A DNA stretch of 64,000 bases, from assembly GCA_030704615.1 (NCBI GenBank), contig CM060734.1, positions 11,408,001 to 11,472,000 on the forward strand, in the 5' to 3' direction. A model generated the notes under the pieces. It made no database searches, was not told the DNA's origin, and worked only from the letters and a program-made list of their open reading frames with translations. The DNA is from Takakia lepidozioides. Its lineage: Eukaryota > Plantae > Bryophyta. Of the stretch, positions 1 through 14,133 are shown one piece after another; position 1 is the stretch's first letter, and each line of letters begins with the position of its first letter. The translations under genes were made by a program, and so were the position numbers.

Positions 1-3000
1 TTTGCCCTCCTGATGTGTCCGGACCATTGCCAAAAGCTCCATCTTTGTCTTCCCAACGACATGTGACATATCCTGTATATCCATCCATCCTGTCAATACC
101 TTATCCTCCTAAAAGCCTGAAACTGTTCACTGAGACCAAATGTGAATTGAGATATGATATCCTGTTGTTCTATGAAGTTCTTGCAAAAGGCCTGTTACTT
201 TTTAAATTGAACGGCAAACCCAACTTCGTCATCACAACCCACTCTAGAGTGTTACTGGGCATCCCACAACAATACTACGTCAGACCTCGACAAAGCGCAG
301 AAGTCATGCATGACGCCCACTATCCAGCCTACCAAGTTACCTCCCTATCAGCATTCACCAGATCTCCCTGCAGATGACAACCAAAGGGATGGAAGGGCAT
401 TTGTGACGAACTGGAAGGGGAGAGCAAGGAGAATTCATGTAGGCTGTCATGTAATGGTCATAGCACTGAAATTTTGTCTTGGTTCCCACATGCTCTGCAA
501 CCTCTGCCCAATTCCCTAGCCCATACATCTCCACTCCCTGCGCACACGAGTGCTCTTAAATATTAGACACCTAAGTGTAAGAGTGCCAAATGGTGAGAGA
601 CTTTGAGCACATAAAAAGCTACTGACTCCAAGCATACACCATTTAACTTCAAGATAGCCATCCACCATGTCTAGAGAGAAGCCCAATAAAACCATGGGCA
701 TCTGCTAAACTGAAAAAGGGAACATGAATGCTCATACCTTCCTGGTACGATTCTTGGTTCAGAGCATTCAAGTTAGCTTCCCAAAGCAAATATTTGTTAC
801 CTCCAGAAGTAAAATCTCCTCATCAGCATTCCAGTCTGGATGAATGAGCGGGAAAGACAGGTTATCCTGCCACAAACACCACACCTACAAGTTGAGATCA
901 CACCCTTCATACCACAGCTTACCAAATAATCATGCACACTATGAGTCTAACACCATCAATACCATAAGTGAACAGGAGATGCCCCCACAATTCACATCTT
1001 CCAGATTCTAACAACTTGAGATGTCACACCCGCAAATAACTCCTGCTGCAATGAGCAGCTCACATACTCCACTAAAAAGAAAGGTGTGCTATAACAGAAT
1101 TGATAGCCATACTATGCAGTAACTCCCCCTTCCTCTTTGCGTTAAAGACTGGATGAGCACAATCGGATCAATATGGGCATTCTAGGTACACTTTTCTGGA
1201 ATGGAAAATACCATCAGAAACTTAATCTTCAAAACTGATCAGTTTCTCAAAGACAGTAAAACCCTTCTCAACTGGTTGGCAAGTTTTACCAGTAATCAAT
1301 AAATTTGCTACCAAGCAACCATCATGATCCACCATAGAGCACAACCAGCAATGTTGACCTAAGCAGGTTATAATAAAATTTGGCGAGAAGTCAGGGCTTA
1401 CAATGACTCGGTATGAATGGTTTGATTTATGAGGGGTAATCTCAACACCAACTGAGAAGCATTCGACACAGAGATCAAAGTCGGGGCACGTAGCACACTT
1501 GATACGAATTGTCCCTGAGATGTCCCTGTTACAGTAGTTACAATGATAGAGAGCCCTCTTGGCATCTGATCCGCCAGCATCCACCCAACAATAGTGCTTC
1601 GCCTTAGAGCCCAAAATCTTAGAATTTTGAAATCTTTTTCAAGTACCACAACTGTGACACATTCAGCAGGGACCATCTGTGAATGGCAATCGGCCAGTAT
1701 GATCTGCTGCGAAGAGCCATACCCGTAGATGAATCCATCTTGGGCAAATGGAAGTACGACTGCCCTAGAAGGACTTAAACATTCAGCAAGCACACAATCA
1801 ATATGTATAACAGAAACCCAAGAAACCCTGTCGGTTTGCTGGAAAGCAAGTTCCATCCAGTTTGACTGTTACTGTAATCTGATAGTCTGGTAGGTACAGT
1901 ATGTTACCTGTCGAATACAGATCAGGTGCCCAATTCTCTTAAGTTCGAAATCACAGAGGGTAATTTTCATGATTCCACAGATCAATTCCTTGGCTTGCCA
2001 GCCTTTTCGGAGTATACTGTGCAATAGTATAGTATCTCAAGACAGCCATACAGAGGCCTTCTCTCATCAAAGGACAATCTACAAACCTGCAGATGCAGCA
2101 TCTGGATTCTCCCCTCCCAAGGCAATCCGTCTCCTTTTTGACCTGAACCGAGACAATTCTCAGGAATGAATCATGTCAACACGTACGTCAATTCTGGTTA
2201 GACAACCACAACATGTGAAGGAGTGATCGAAAAATCATCTTAGAACTTCAGACAAGCAGTAGAGTGAGATTACAGACAATTCCAAAAACGTGCAAGGGTA
2301 TGTTGAGAAATGTGCTCACATTAGGACATTTCAATCCATTACCTAGCCCCTGGTGTCAAGGGCCAGCATGGCAGGGTGTAGACCCAGTTGACAGAAAGGT
2401 GTGTCTTTAAAATTTGGCATACATCTACAAAACAATCTCTCACATAGAGAACCACATGCGGTGAAATAGTTGCTTCATAACAAGACCAAAAAAATCTGCT
2501 GTAAACCAAGTGAACAGAGTCCCATGCAGGCAGACAGACTCACACACAGACAATGGGGCCAACAGCAGAGCAACTTCAAGACGTTTGAAAAGAGATTAGA
2601 CTCCATAACGAAAGGTTCCAGACGTCACTACTGTATGCATCTGAGGGTGTTGTGCTAAAGTATCCAAAATCTAGACTTGCTGTGAGCAGAGACTTTCACC
2701 CCAATCTACTCGAACACTCATTTGGCGTATTTGATAAAACAAAGAAACAACTACGAGAATGCTTCCCGACTGGCATCCAATGAAGCCAACCAGACAAAGG
2801 ATACAAAACTGTTCACCGGCAGACGGCAAGCGGAGATGCAACATCCCCAGAACCCACATTGTACGCCATTCGCAGTTAGGAGAAAATTAGATTGTACATT
2901 ACACCCAGACAATAAAAAATTGGAAACTTATGCGGGGGATTGCCCACCAAGTTTCACCTCCTCTTCCCTGCACACTTCAAGCATAGTTCGGATTTCCGAA

Positions 3001-3212
3001 AAACGAAAGATTCACTTCAAACCCACCTGTCTAATTCCGCTGGGAGAAACCAACACGTTACACTCTATCCAAAAACTCGCGATCACAAACACAACAGAAA
3101 ATGGGGGATAAAACCCCACGGAAAGCAAATGGAAACCTCCTGCAACATACCGGTGCCCAAACCAGGCAGTCTCATCGTCCACAGCTGCCAAAGGTCCCCG
3201 CGATCGCCCCAT
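1..3212 (-). CDS. ADA2: Transcriptional adaptor ADA2 (SAGA complex), 5' exons; gene continues beyond window start
   Basis: Exons with GT-AG borders: 3151-3212 (MGRSRGPLAAVDDETAWFGHR), 2087-2142 (SKRRRIALGGENPDAASAG), ~1402-1600 (ZZ finger YHCNYCNRDISGTIRIKCATCPDFDLCVECF...HKSNHSYRV; acceptor not pinned down), 801-866 (DNLSFPLIHPDWNADEEILLLE), 412-537 (SANT: GVEMYGLGNWAEVAEHVGTKTKFQCYDHY), 1-72 (DMSHVVGKTKMELLAM). Confidence 0.92.
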
Positions 3213-3741
3213 TCTCACACGTAACTTGATGCAGCCACAGCTCTCCCGCGCTCCTGCACTCAAACCCTCGTCAAGCTTCTCCCTCGTTCTCTCTCCCTCT
3301 TCCCTAGCAAGAAATAGAAACCCCCCTCTTCATCCATACAACATTCGTCTTTTCACGGCCACATTCATCCTCTAACACTGTTGTGAAGGTCGTGGGGGAT
3401 GGATGACTTCTCGAGTTCTCATCCAATTTGTCCATACATACTAGGGTAGCCTGGGCCTTTGGCCTGCAATTTCCTCTCTATCCCATTGCGCCTCTTATGT
3501 CGAGGCCCAAGTGTGACCTCTAGGGTAGCCTATACCTTTGGCCCATGTGCGAAGAATTGAAATCTAAGACAAGTGCAATTTCCTATGTAACCCAGTGCAT
3601 CCCCTATATTGTCGAGGCCCATCTAAGCCCAAGTGCAATCTCTTATGTATCCAAGTATGTCAAGGCCCAATTTATTTTTTTTCATGAATTATTGTGGGTA
3701 TTGTGGTTTCTATTAATTAATAGATCTATGGTTCTTGTTTT

Positions 3742-4360
3742 TGTCGTGCACCTAAGCATCGTGCCACAACATACATTCTAAGCACACAATCCTAGAAAGC
3801 TATGCCACAATGATAATGAAAATGAACACAATGGAAACACTCCACTCATGAATCCACTCAATCATATAAACTAAGTCAAGCCAAGGGCACCTTTGTTAAA
3901 GGAATCCACCCTACAAAGCCCTCACCACACTCCCACTCAATACCTAGAGCTATGGAGGTGGGAGAGGCTCATGGAGACTCAACTACAAGAAGATGAGCCC
4001 TCCTCAACACTCACAAAGGGAAAACCACCCCCATGTCCCAAATGAGGTTTGATACCTCACTTGACATGTGAGACCAAATGAAGTCCCAACACACAAATAT
4101 AAATATCTAAAATGTCCTAGTTGACTAGAAGTAGGTAATTCTGGTTAACCATGACTAAAAACCATGACAGCTGTCATGCACCTAAGCATCGTGCCACAAC
4201 ATACATCGCTCTCCACCATACATTCTAAGCACACAAACCTAGAAAGCTATGCCACAATCGCCCCCCTAGCTGGTGATTAGGTCCTTTTAACACCGGATAG
4301 CTGACAAGTATCCATCTCAATAAGATCATCGCTTGGTCTTCAATTGCACATATCCCAACT
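3742..4360 (-). mobile_element. 3' end remnant (LTR + polypurine tract + 3' UTR) of the Gypsy-DNMT family
   Basis: Homologous to 25044-25660. LTR region 3742-4256 has TG...CA ends, and a G-rich PPT lies at ~4260-4268 on the minus strand. Confidence 0.8.
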
Positions 4361-4685
4361 TGAAAACCCTTCTGTTAATGATCTTTGGCTTGTCAAGGCA
4401 GATTCAACATGAGTAGCTTACTATCCAACAATGTGGATTATTGCAGTGGTGACTATTTTTAGGACCTCAACCTTCAATTTTCAGAGTCATAGTTTTTGTG
4501 AAAAGGTCTATTTTAATATCTGGTAGGGACACTCAGGGATTATCGGGAACACTGTCTTTGTCACAGCTTTCCCTGACCCTCATAATTTTCTCATTTCTTT
4601 TTGTCTTTGCAATCTTATGCCAGAGTAAGCAGTCAACAGCCAAGAAACATAATGGGATGATGAGTTCCTGGGTATGATGGTGGGG

Positions 4686-7484
4686 CAGCATTTTGGAGGT
4701 TCCACTGGGTATGGTCATAATGATGCAGGAGGGCGGGAGGCCCTGGACTCAGCTTTTGCTGATATTGTGGGTGCTGGGCAGCTATTGTGCACTCTCAAAT
4801 ATGTGCCCCGTCTCCCTACAACCCTAGTTGGGTTTTGTTCAACAGATCTCCGTGCTGATTTGGAATTTTCATGGACGAGAATTGGGGCTTGGTTGTCAAT
4901 GTCCCCATGTAGGATGTCCAGCTGGCACAAAAATCTTGCAGCCCCAGAAACTTTGGAAACTGTTTTCATCCTCGTTGTCCAGTTTTTTAATCAATCTGGT
5001 ACAAAATTCTCTAGAATGTACTCATAAGACGTTGTTTGCCGTAGCCTTGTGGCCATTGACCCCGCGCCCAGTTTGAGCGGAACACAAAGGGGCAGAACCT
5101 GCCTTTGTCAGGGGCTGACGCCGGTAGTAAGACTTACTTGGAATAAACAATTGATCCAGGTTTTCCAGATATCCTCTAGAAATCCCTAGAAATTCTCTAG
5201 GGACTGGTAGGAAGATTTTGAAATGGTGGGGAGGTGTTTGAAGGCAGAGCCTGAGGTTTGAGATGGTTAGATGAATTTGCTGTGGTTTTCTTTTGATCAG
5301 ATCCAGAGGAACACGGTGTCCTTGGGTTGGGTGTGTGACCAATAGAAAACAATCCAATAATCTGTCTGTTACATGAACAGTTTTCGTTGATTTTCTCTAC
5401 TGGTTTTCTTCCACAGAATCTCAATGTTCTTTCCAGTTGAAGTACTATGAATGTGTTGGGCTGCAGTTCTTTTCTGGCACCCGCGCAATTGCCTGTGCTC
5501 TTTACGCTGCTCTGCGGCCAGGTGGTGAGGTATGCTACTCTTAGCTTATGAGTTCCAAGTCCCAGAAAGTGAAGTTTTGTCATCAAGTCGTCTGTGGAGG
5601 GGCAAATGTTTGCTGCCAACACGCTGTTCGCATATCGGATTTGGAGAGTAAATGTCCCGTGACACACTTACAAGTTGGAGGGCAGATGTTTAGGGATCTG
5701 CATATGGCATTCAAGGTGGACTTAGGCCAAAAGGGGAGGGCAACTTTGACTAGTGGGCAATCAGCTGCTGGCCGTGGCAGGTGCACCCTATGATACACTG
5801 GAGGAAGTGATTGGACTGCACGGTTCCTCTAATCATGGATCTCTTAAGGAGTTTGACATATCGTATCGGGAACTTCCAGTAAGAGGTTCATGCTCTTCTC
5901 AGTCACTTCACGTGTTTGAAGCCATTAGATTCTGAGAATCAACATGTGTTACACTTTTCCTTCTGGTCTCTTGTTTGTAAGCAAGGAACATCTTGGTCTT
6001 GTCGAGCATAAGTCCTTAGTATAGAACTAACTTCTTCAACCCCGGAGTTGGGCTCCTTTGTTTGAACATTGTTTAAATAACTTTGCTGGACTGACAAGCT
6101 CTAATGTGGAAGCCTTGTGTAATGTAGCTCCTGGAGGATGGTGGGCTTGATTGGGAGGGACTCAAGGCGGCTGTGAGGCCAGAAACACAATGTGCACTCA
6201 TCCAGCGCTCCTGTGGTTACTAATGGCGAAAGACCTTTGACTGTTGCAGAGATTGAGCAAGTCATAGCTATGATCAAGGCAAGCATGCCTGAACACATTT
6301 GTATCTAAGCTGACAATCAATTAACCCACTTGGAAAGGAACACTGATGTTCAATTCTGTTTCTGGGTTAAAGCACCTGCTGGACTATCTTGTGTCAGATC
6401 CCCACAGAAATGCCCGATTAGTGTGAAGGCAAAAAGGCAGGCTGCTGTTTATGCTATATTTTCTCTAGCACCAGAAAGCATTTGAACTCGTGTGTCTTCG
6501 TACACTTGCAGTCGACCATTCCTGGAAGGGTGTGTGCTTTCAGCTTATTTGCTAGTAGGGGCAAAACTAAGACAAGTTTGTTGTTGTGTCTTTCAATGCC
6601 AAAGAAACCTAAATCTACAAGTTCATTTTAAGGAAGACTCTGTTCAATGCCCTCTGTATATAATTGGCAGGCTCAAAATCCAAAGTGTGTGGTGGTGGTG
6701 GACAATTGCTATGGCGAGTTTGTTGAGACTCTGGAGCCTACAGCCATGGTTTGTTTGTCTTCCTCTGCTTTACTTGGAATGATGCACAGGCAGTGCAGCT
6801 TGGCAGTCGAGAGCGTCTTTTGGCATTCTGCAGAGCAGTTCAGAAGCATTGCCCTGTTGGGGCCTACATTCGACCCGTGGCAGGTGCAACTGCTGGCTAT
6901 GATTCTGATGTATGCCCTACATGTCCAGTGTTTTGTCTCATCCTTTTGGTGGTTATTTTCTTTCTTCAATTTTATTTGGCTGCATGACCTGATCAGCCTT
7001 TTCAATGTATCATTTTGTTATAAGCATTGTTTTTTACTTGATGCATGTGGCATGTTTTGGAAAGTGCAGTCCGTTATTAGATCAAACTTGGTAAGGCGGA
7101 ATTTTGCTTGTTTATCAGAGGAGGTGTTATTCACGTGGTGCTCTTAAAGATCTGACAAATGATGTATGGATTTTCCAGGTAGTGTGTGCAGATGGAACAT
7201 TTGTGGATGGCAGCACCAGTCATGTGATGGTCCTTTAAGGGAACCATTTGTAGTATTTTGCCAGGTGTGCCCTCTCCTACAATCCTCCATTAGCAGAGCT
7301 GTTAGTTGGTGTTAGTCTTGCAGCCGCAATGTTGTATCCAAATCAAAGTTCGGATGGCATGTGCATGCTCAATCAGCCAGCTAGCAATTCTAAGGGTTGA
7401 TTTCCATCTGTGTAGGGAGGCAGCCATTGGACACATTGGGCGCTTGCCCTTGAAGGAGTGTTGGAGGCTCTACAGCAACTATGA
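4686..7484 (+). pseudogene. Aluminium-resistance / methionine gamma-lyase-like (YnbB family) PLP enzyme pseudogene
   Basis: Exon peptides QHFGGSTGYGHNDAGGREALDSAFADIVGA, GTRAIACALYAALRPG, LLAVAGAPYDTLEEVIG, ALIQRSCGY*, VVVDNCYGEFVETLEP, GTFVDGSTS..DGPLREP and GGSHWTHW. In-frame stop near 6220 and frameshifts. The 5' exons and the PLP-lysine (GSLIKN-type) exon were not found. Confidence 0.8.
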
Positions 7485-7743
7485 AAATTGGTTCCTTAAA
7501 AAGACATCATGTGTGTCCATCCTTAGAAAAGACTTTAGGAGATGGACCGATGATTGACTGAGATGATAGAAGATGGAAGATCGGTGGGAATATAAGGATA
7601 CTGATGCTTGAGACTATGGCATGCTGCCGGTCAAAGGCTGGTATTTGCAAACACTGGTATTTGCTGGTATTTGCTCAAGTTCAAACAAGACAACTGCAGC
7701 AAGAAATGGCAAGGAAGTTCCCTTCCCAAGGCACGAAAGCCAG

Positions 7744-7812
7744 AGTGGAACCCAGGTTCGAACCCAGGATCGGGTTGTTGGAAGGTAACGTTACCACGAA
7801 TTGCGCAGTTTG
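7744..7812 (-). other. Possible tRNA-derived (SINE head / pseudo-tRNA) sequence
   Basis: Minus strand has a B-box-like GGTTCGAACC inside a T-arm-like stem (CCTGGGTTCGAACCTGGG) and CTTCCAA resembling a Gly anticodon loop. No complete cloverleaf. Confidence 0.3.
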
Positions 7813-8627
7813 GCCGGTCAGGTGTACAAATCACCGTACGATCGGAAATCTGCCATGGAGAGGCGGCTTAATTTGAGCCGTCAAGTTGCTTAACGGGCCG
7901 TCTGGGGCTAAGATAGTTACACCCAAATGTGAGCAGGTCTTGAAATGGACCCCCATTTTTGGGCCGTAAAGTGGGTTCATACACCCCTTAAATGGAGACA
8001 TTGCATTCAATGGGCTAAATTGGATGCACTTATGGGCATCCTCCTCTACATGTAGATTTGTTACGTGACCATACACGTACATAATACTATACCGTGTGTA
8101 ACTTGATTAGGGCTGCATCTTATAAAGCTAAGGATTTGGTGTACACATGTTCTTAACTCAATTAACGCTGTATGAAGGCCCAAGTGGGTCAGATTTGCAG
8201 TGGATGTAATTTTCATTCAGTGTTGGGCGGCTGCTCACATTCAAATTCATAGGGTGCCCATTTGAAATTCATAGGGGGCCATTTGAAACTCGCGCTGAAA
8301 ACTATGACGGACTACGATACACATATCTCGCTAACTGCAATGCCCGATCTATGAGGGGGCTGCGTAGATTAGAGATGATTTCTGGATCAGTTTAGGCTTA
8401 GTACAGACTTAGTTGCTAGTTTAGTTGCTAGGATTCAGTTCAGAGGGGAGACGTGTGTTTGCTGCAGTAGCCATGGACCAAGATTTCAGGCCTTCTCCCG
8501 ATTACTGCCAAACATTGAGGTAGTTGATGAGGGTGACAACAGAGTAGAGATTGACAGCCATTCGAGTGACTCTGATCGTGCATACAATGAGCGTTGTGAA
8601 CATGCAGCAAATGAGGACAGTCAATCC

Positions 8628-8996
8628 TGTCATGGTTTTAGTCATGGTTAACTAGAATTACCTACTTCTAGAAACTATGACATTTTGGATATTTATATTT
8701 GTATTTTGTGTGTTGGGACTTCATTTGGTCTCACATGCCAAATGAGGTATCAAACCTCACTTGGGACATGGGGATGGGTCTTGTGAGTGTTGAGGAGGGC
8801 TCATCTTCTTGTAGTTGAGCCTCCATGAGCCTCCATGAGCCTCTCCCACCTCCATAGCTCTAGGTATTGAGAAGGAGTGTGGTGAGGGCTTTGTAGGGTG
8901 GATTCCGTTAGCAGAGGTGCCCTTGGCTTGACTTAGTTTATGTGATTGAGTAGATTCATGAGTGAAGTGTTTCCATTGTGTTTACTTTCATTATCA
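8628..8996 (+). mobile_element. Partial LTR of the Gypsy-DNMT family
   Basis: Starts TGTCATGG and is the reverse-complement homolog of ~3811-4169. Similarity stops at 8996. Confidence 0.8.
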
Positions 8997-9889
8997 CTAC
9001 ATGAAGATCACCTTATGCTTGTGAGTGCGGAGTATAAGGATTAGTTTAGCATTTGTGTTGGTGTACACCAAGGAGTGAGAAAGCTAAGAAAAGCTCATGT
9101 ATTTCACAAGGCTTGCAAGGTGTTGCAAGGAAAGGTGCTTGGTGAAGTTGCATACACCAAGGAATTGGAGAGCTGGGAGAATTTAGCTCTTGTATCACAA
9201 GGCTTGCAAGGAAAGGTACTTGTGGTGTTATACCAAGGTGTTGGGGAGCTCAAGAAAGAGCTTGTTTGCCACAATATTCGCAAGGTGGTGTATGCCATGG
9301 CTTGTGGAGAGCAACTAAATGATTGTTAGTACTCATTTCACTATCAATCTAGGGTTAAGCAAGCTCAAGTGTGGATGTTGTGGAAGAGAAGCCAAGCAGC
9401 TACATAGGCTTGGGCTTGAAGACAACAAGGGCAAGCACTTGGAGAGCATTAGGAAGCTCAAGAGGTTTGAAGGGGAGCATGTGAAGAAGTCTTCCAATCA
9501 TGGTGGTGTAAAGCCAAGCTAGCATTGGAAGGGCTTAGAGAACAACTTGTGGAAAGTCCTTGAAGAAAAGAAATTGTGGTTGAAGGCATGCATAGCAACT
9601 TCAACCATACATTAGCATGTGCAAATGATGCTTATGTGGAGCATGCTTCCCAAGTGTGGCTTCCAATTTCAAGCTTGAGGAGAGTTAGAAGATAAAGGGA
9701 GCAAGTTGATTCCCTTGTGTATGAGGTGATGCATGTGTGAAGCATGTTTTTGGCTTGAGCTTTGCAATTTCAAGCTTGAGAGGAGTGGCTCTTGAGCTAG
9801 CAAGTGAAGGGAGCTTGAATGACCAAGTCTTGAGAGGAGACAAGGCTTGGTGGCTTGCCAAAGGAGGTACAAGCTTGATTTTGAGCTCC

Positions 9890-12800
9890 TGCTGCAACAC
9901 CAACACCCGTGCCTGCCTTTAACCCAGTTGTGGAGTTCTTCGAGGAGTTAAGGAGAAACTACTAGGGGATAAGGACGGAGAAATTGCGGAGCTTGCAAGA
10001 GTTCCAACGAAAGCCTACCGAGAGTTTAAGGGAGGCTTACACGCGCATGAGACGATTGATAAATGTAACCCAAGGGGTTATGAAAGCTCAAGCAGTCCAA
10101 TTCTGGTATGGGAAGGGTGCGGGATGCAACTCTCCTACAAGTGGCCCAACACACCTTAACAAACGTGTTTTTGCTGGCAGAGCGGATAGAGCTCAATATG
10201 GTGGAGGAGCGAGTGGTCATGGTGGGGTTTGGTAAGGAGACACAATGAAGTGGGGCTCCTAGCCAATAACAACCACTACCCCAACGTGCTCAAGGCAACA
10301 AAGGGGCTCAGGCGAAGCCCAGGGAAGGACAGAGATGATCTCAATTGCAGAGGTCACTTCCTTCATTCTCAGGCTAACAATAGTCGGGAGTGACATGTTG
10401 GGATTGTGGGGGACCCCATGTTAAGAGAGATTGCCCGGAGAGAGGCAAAGGGCCAGCACAGGCACAGCCTACACAACCACAGTGTAGGCATTGTGGCAAG
10501 TATGGGCATGAAGAGACCCATTGTTATGACTTGCATCTTGAGCTACGGCCAGGCCAGTTCCAAGGGAACAATGGTGGCCGAGGACGAGGCAATGTATTCC
10601 AGAGAGGTAGAGGAGGTAGAGATCATGGTGGAGGTCGTAACCAAAATCAAGGAGCACAGGGTCAGGGTCAAGGTCATGACCAAGGCATGGTGGATAGGCT
10701 TGCCCAGCTAGAGCAACGTCTTGCTGCCATGGCCACTACTCATGTTGCGCCAGCTCCAAGGCCTGAGGTTCAAGCCCCACCTGTACAACCGCCTATGCCT
10801 AGGGAAGACCAGATTGGTATAGGCTTCATGTGTGGAGCCGCACTTGTAGGGCCATTGCATGTACTAGACTCTGCTGCTCCTGTCACTCGAGCAGCAACGC
10901 GTGCTTCTGAGCCAAGAGAAGCAGATGTGGATTTTGATCCACAAAAAGGAGAAGCAAGTTGACAGACAAGGCTTCTACAGTCTTTCACATTGGCTGTGAC
11001 AGTGCCAACTATGCCATCGATGGCACCCGCTTGCCCAAGTGTATCAGAGATAGAGCCACGAGTGCCATTGGGGAGAGTTGGTATGGCTCGGGAAATGCCA
11101 GTGGGTGGTACTGCAAAGCAAGGTGCAGCCAATACATTGTTGGGGGCGGCTACGGCAATTTGCCAAGCTCCATTGTTTTCTGCCCCGACAATTGCAATGT
11201 CGGGGATGCGGCCAGCTGCAGTGTTTAGACTGGCAGCTGCACTCTGTGAGAGTGGTGATGCATCGGCACTATCTGTGGGGATAGCGGATCAGGTGCAATG
11301 CATGGATGCCCTGGATTCAAGGGTGAAGACAGCCACAGCTGCGGCAACTGCAAGGTTATAGGAGTTGCTAGCTAAACCAGCCATTGAGTGTAGTATGGTG
11401 ACTCCTGGGGTAGTCCTGGTGGACAATCAGGATGGTGTATTTCAGTTGGGTGGCCCAGCCAGGAGGAGGTATAGGCCACTGCGGGTCTTGTTGGACTAAG
11501 GGGCATAGCCATTGATGTTGGGGAGAGCAGCAATTGTAGGCTTGGGCCTTACAGCGACGGATTTGGAGCCTTGCCCTTTTCAGATTCAAACATCTTTGTG
11601 CGGTTTAGAGAAGGCACGAGGGATTATACGCCATGAGCTCTTCATTCGATTGCAGTCAGATCATCCTACAGATGGCTCTGTCATGAGAGCTAAAGCCATT
11701 GTTACGGACGCGATGTCTTATGATGTGCTTGTTGGTGGGGTTATGTTATACCCGATGGGCTTTACTTTGGACTTTTGGGAGGAAACGACATCCTACAGGC
11801 CGGAATGGCAGTCAGGGGATGGTCGACGTGCACCGCTCCCAGTGCAGTTTATTGGGAATGTAGCGGTGGATCATATGAATATGATGCCCACATTGGCTGC
11901 ATTCTCAGGGGTGGTGGCTTGGGGTGGTGAGCTCTTAGAGGGCAATAGTCATGCAGATGATAGGCCACCACCTGATGAGGACAAGAAATTGGCATACAAG
12001 GCTGATTTGCTTCCTCATGTGCTTGTTCATATTCCACTGTGGGGTACAGTTGGGAATTTGCATCGAGTAGCAGGCGAGTGTGTGCACCAAGTATGGCATG
12101 AGGCCTATCCATTGGTGAGTGAGGGGAGTTCAGTGACATCACCTGGACCACCTCAGTTAGCTCCTTTGGACACAGTGCCCATTTCCTGGCAACCACCTGA
12201 CTCAGGGATTTGTTTGCTAGACCTGTTTGGAGGCATGAGCACTGGGATTGCAGGAGTGTTGCAAGCAGGGATTAAAGTACGCAAGTACTTGTATGTGGAG
12301 AAAGATGAGATAGCTCGGCGTATTTCTATGCGCCACATTGCCTTGCTCACACACCGGTATCTTGAGTTGTTGCCTCTCTCAGCAATTCAAGGGTATCAAA
12401 AGGCCTTGCCAGCAGACATTACCTTGCTGGGGGCGGATGATTTGGACCGGCATGGTGCCATTGACTTGGTGATAGCTGGATGGCCTTGCCAAGGACACTC
12501 TCCCGCAGGTCATGGGAATGGCTTGCATGATGCACGATCGTATTTGTTTTGGGAGATGTTGAGAGTATTGCGTGACTTGCAGACGAGGCAAGTGCAACCT
12601 CTAGCCTATATCTTGGAAATATTCATCTTATGGGGGACTCTCGGGCCAGGGTTATGGCCAGTGTGCATCAGGTGCGGTCTTGGATTGGATCGGCGGTGCT
12701 ATTGGATGCAGCAGCGGTGGGATCACGCGCGCATCGACCTCGATTACGGTGGACCAATCTTGCACCACCAGAGCTGCTCAAGAGAGCATACGATTGCATT

Positions 12801-13075
12801 CAACGACCACCCAATCTCATGGTTGAGGGAATTTTGGACCAAGGGAGGCAACCACAGAGGGTGCGACATGATGACCATACACCTCTAGCAGTGGTCAATC
12901 GAGTGGGGCAGCCACGTGCGGCCTTGCCTACGCTCATGAGCTTTCCCTCGTCTCATGCTTTTCGAGACAATGGTCCTGGGTTGATTTGGGACAGTGTGCT
13001 ACAGCAATTGGTGGAGCCCAATGCAGATGAGCGAGAGCAGACAATGGGATTTGCCACGGGCACTAAAACTGTGCC
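9890..13075 (+). mobile_element. Degenerate Ty3/Gypsy fragment: gag (two Zn knuckles) - aspartic protease - DNMT
   Basis: Knuckles CWDCGGPHVKRDC and CRHCGKYGHEETHC. Protease RVLLD*GA*PLMLG is mutated here and reads DSG in other copies. C5-MTase motifs follow. Many stops and frameshifts. Confidence 0.88.
12205..13070 (+). pseudogene. Retrotransposon-encoded DNMT3-like C5-cytosine methyltransferase (frameshifted)
   Basis: Motif I LLDLFGGMSTG, II YLYVEKD, IV DLVIAGWPCQGHS, VI YILE(N) with a frameshift, VIII AHRPRLRWTN, IX EREQTMGFATGT. Confidence 0.88.
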
Positions 13076-13224
13076 AAATACAAGGGGAATATAAGAAAAA
13101 TACATATAGGCCCAGGGAAATATTAAGGGAATACTATGGCATATTCTCAAGAATATTCTTATAGAACTTTGGGAACCCATTGGGAACTTGGGAACGCATT
13201 GGGAACATGGTGACATAGGAAGAG

Positions 13225-13450
13225 TCCCTGGAGGACTGTTTGGGGTCCTTGGAGGACCATTAGGGGTCCTTAGATGACTGTTTGGAGGGCCATTGGGAGT
13301 CCTTGGAGGACTATTTGGAGTTCTTTGGAGGACTATTTGGGGTCCTTGGAGGCCAATATTTGGCGAGTTTGAGGAGTCTTTGGCGACTTGTGTGAGGGAC
13401 TATTTGGGGTCCTCGAGGGCTAAGTTTTGGCAGGCTCTTGGGGCCTTGGT
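13225..13450 (+). repeat. Degenerate ~21-22 bp tandem repeat (GGAGGACTGTTTGGGGTCCTT-like) upstream of gag
   Basis: Repeated ggaggact/ggggtcctt units are visible. Confidence 0.6.
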
Positions 13451-14133
13451 GTACTGTTTTGGAGTCCCATTGTGCAAGGATTGGGAGCCTTAGTGAGATT
13501 GTTTGAGAGACATATTCTTGAGGGCTCCTGGAGAGTTATTTGAGAGAACAACAAGAGAGTGTGGAGATAGGGTAGTGGGGTGAGAGCATGCTGGGATTAG
13601 GAGTTGCTTTAGTCTCTCTCCCTTGCAGTCTTTCACCCTCTCTGTAGGCCAAAACCTTTCCGTAGGTGGAGGCAAGAGTCAGTCCGGGTTGGGTTGGGGT
13701 GTCCTTGCAGGAGCGACACTGTGGAGTGTTTTTGGTGTGGGGGAGTTGTTGTCTTGATTTTCTTGTGTTTAGATCCCTTCCACACCTGCATGATTGACTG
13801 TGCGCCATGTTAGTTTGGTGTGGGCGCTTGTTTTCATAGGAGGTTGGTCCGGATTTGATCACTGGCCAATCCTATAACGTGATGTCGGTGGTGAGGCTGG
13901 GGTGATGACCAGTCAGACCATCATTGTTTCTCTTATGGTGAGGCTGGATTGATGACCAGCAGACCATATGAGTTGTTGCGGTGGATGCAGGTGCAGGTAC
14001 AGGTCTACGTTAGAAACCTAGTATTCCTGCTTGAACCACCAGCCGCAACAGGTTCTCTACTCGGTTATCTTGTGGAAAGTGGGGATTAGAGACATGTTGA
14101 CAACCGGTTGGGTTGTGAGTTTTCATCACGGAG

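Noticed and set aside
12205-13070. Host DNMT3/DRM gene or bacterial contamination
   Set aside because: It is intronless, contiguous with gag/protease, and at the same position in several retroelement copies.
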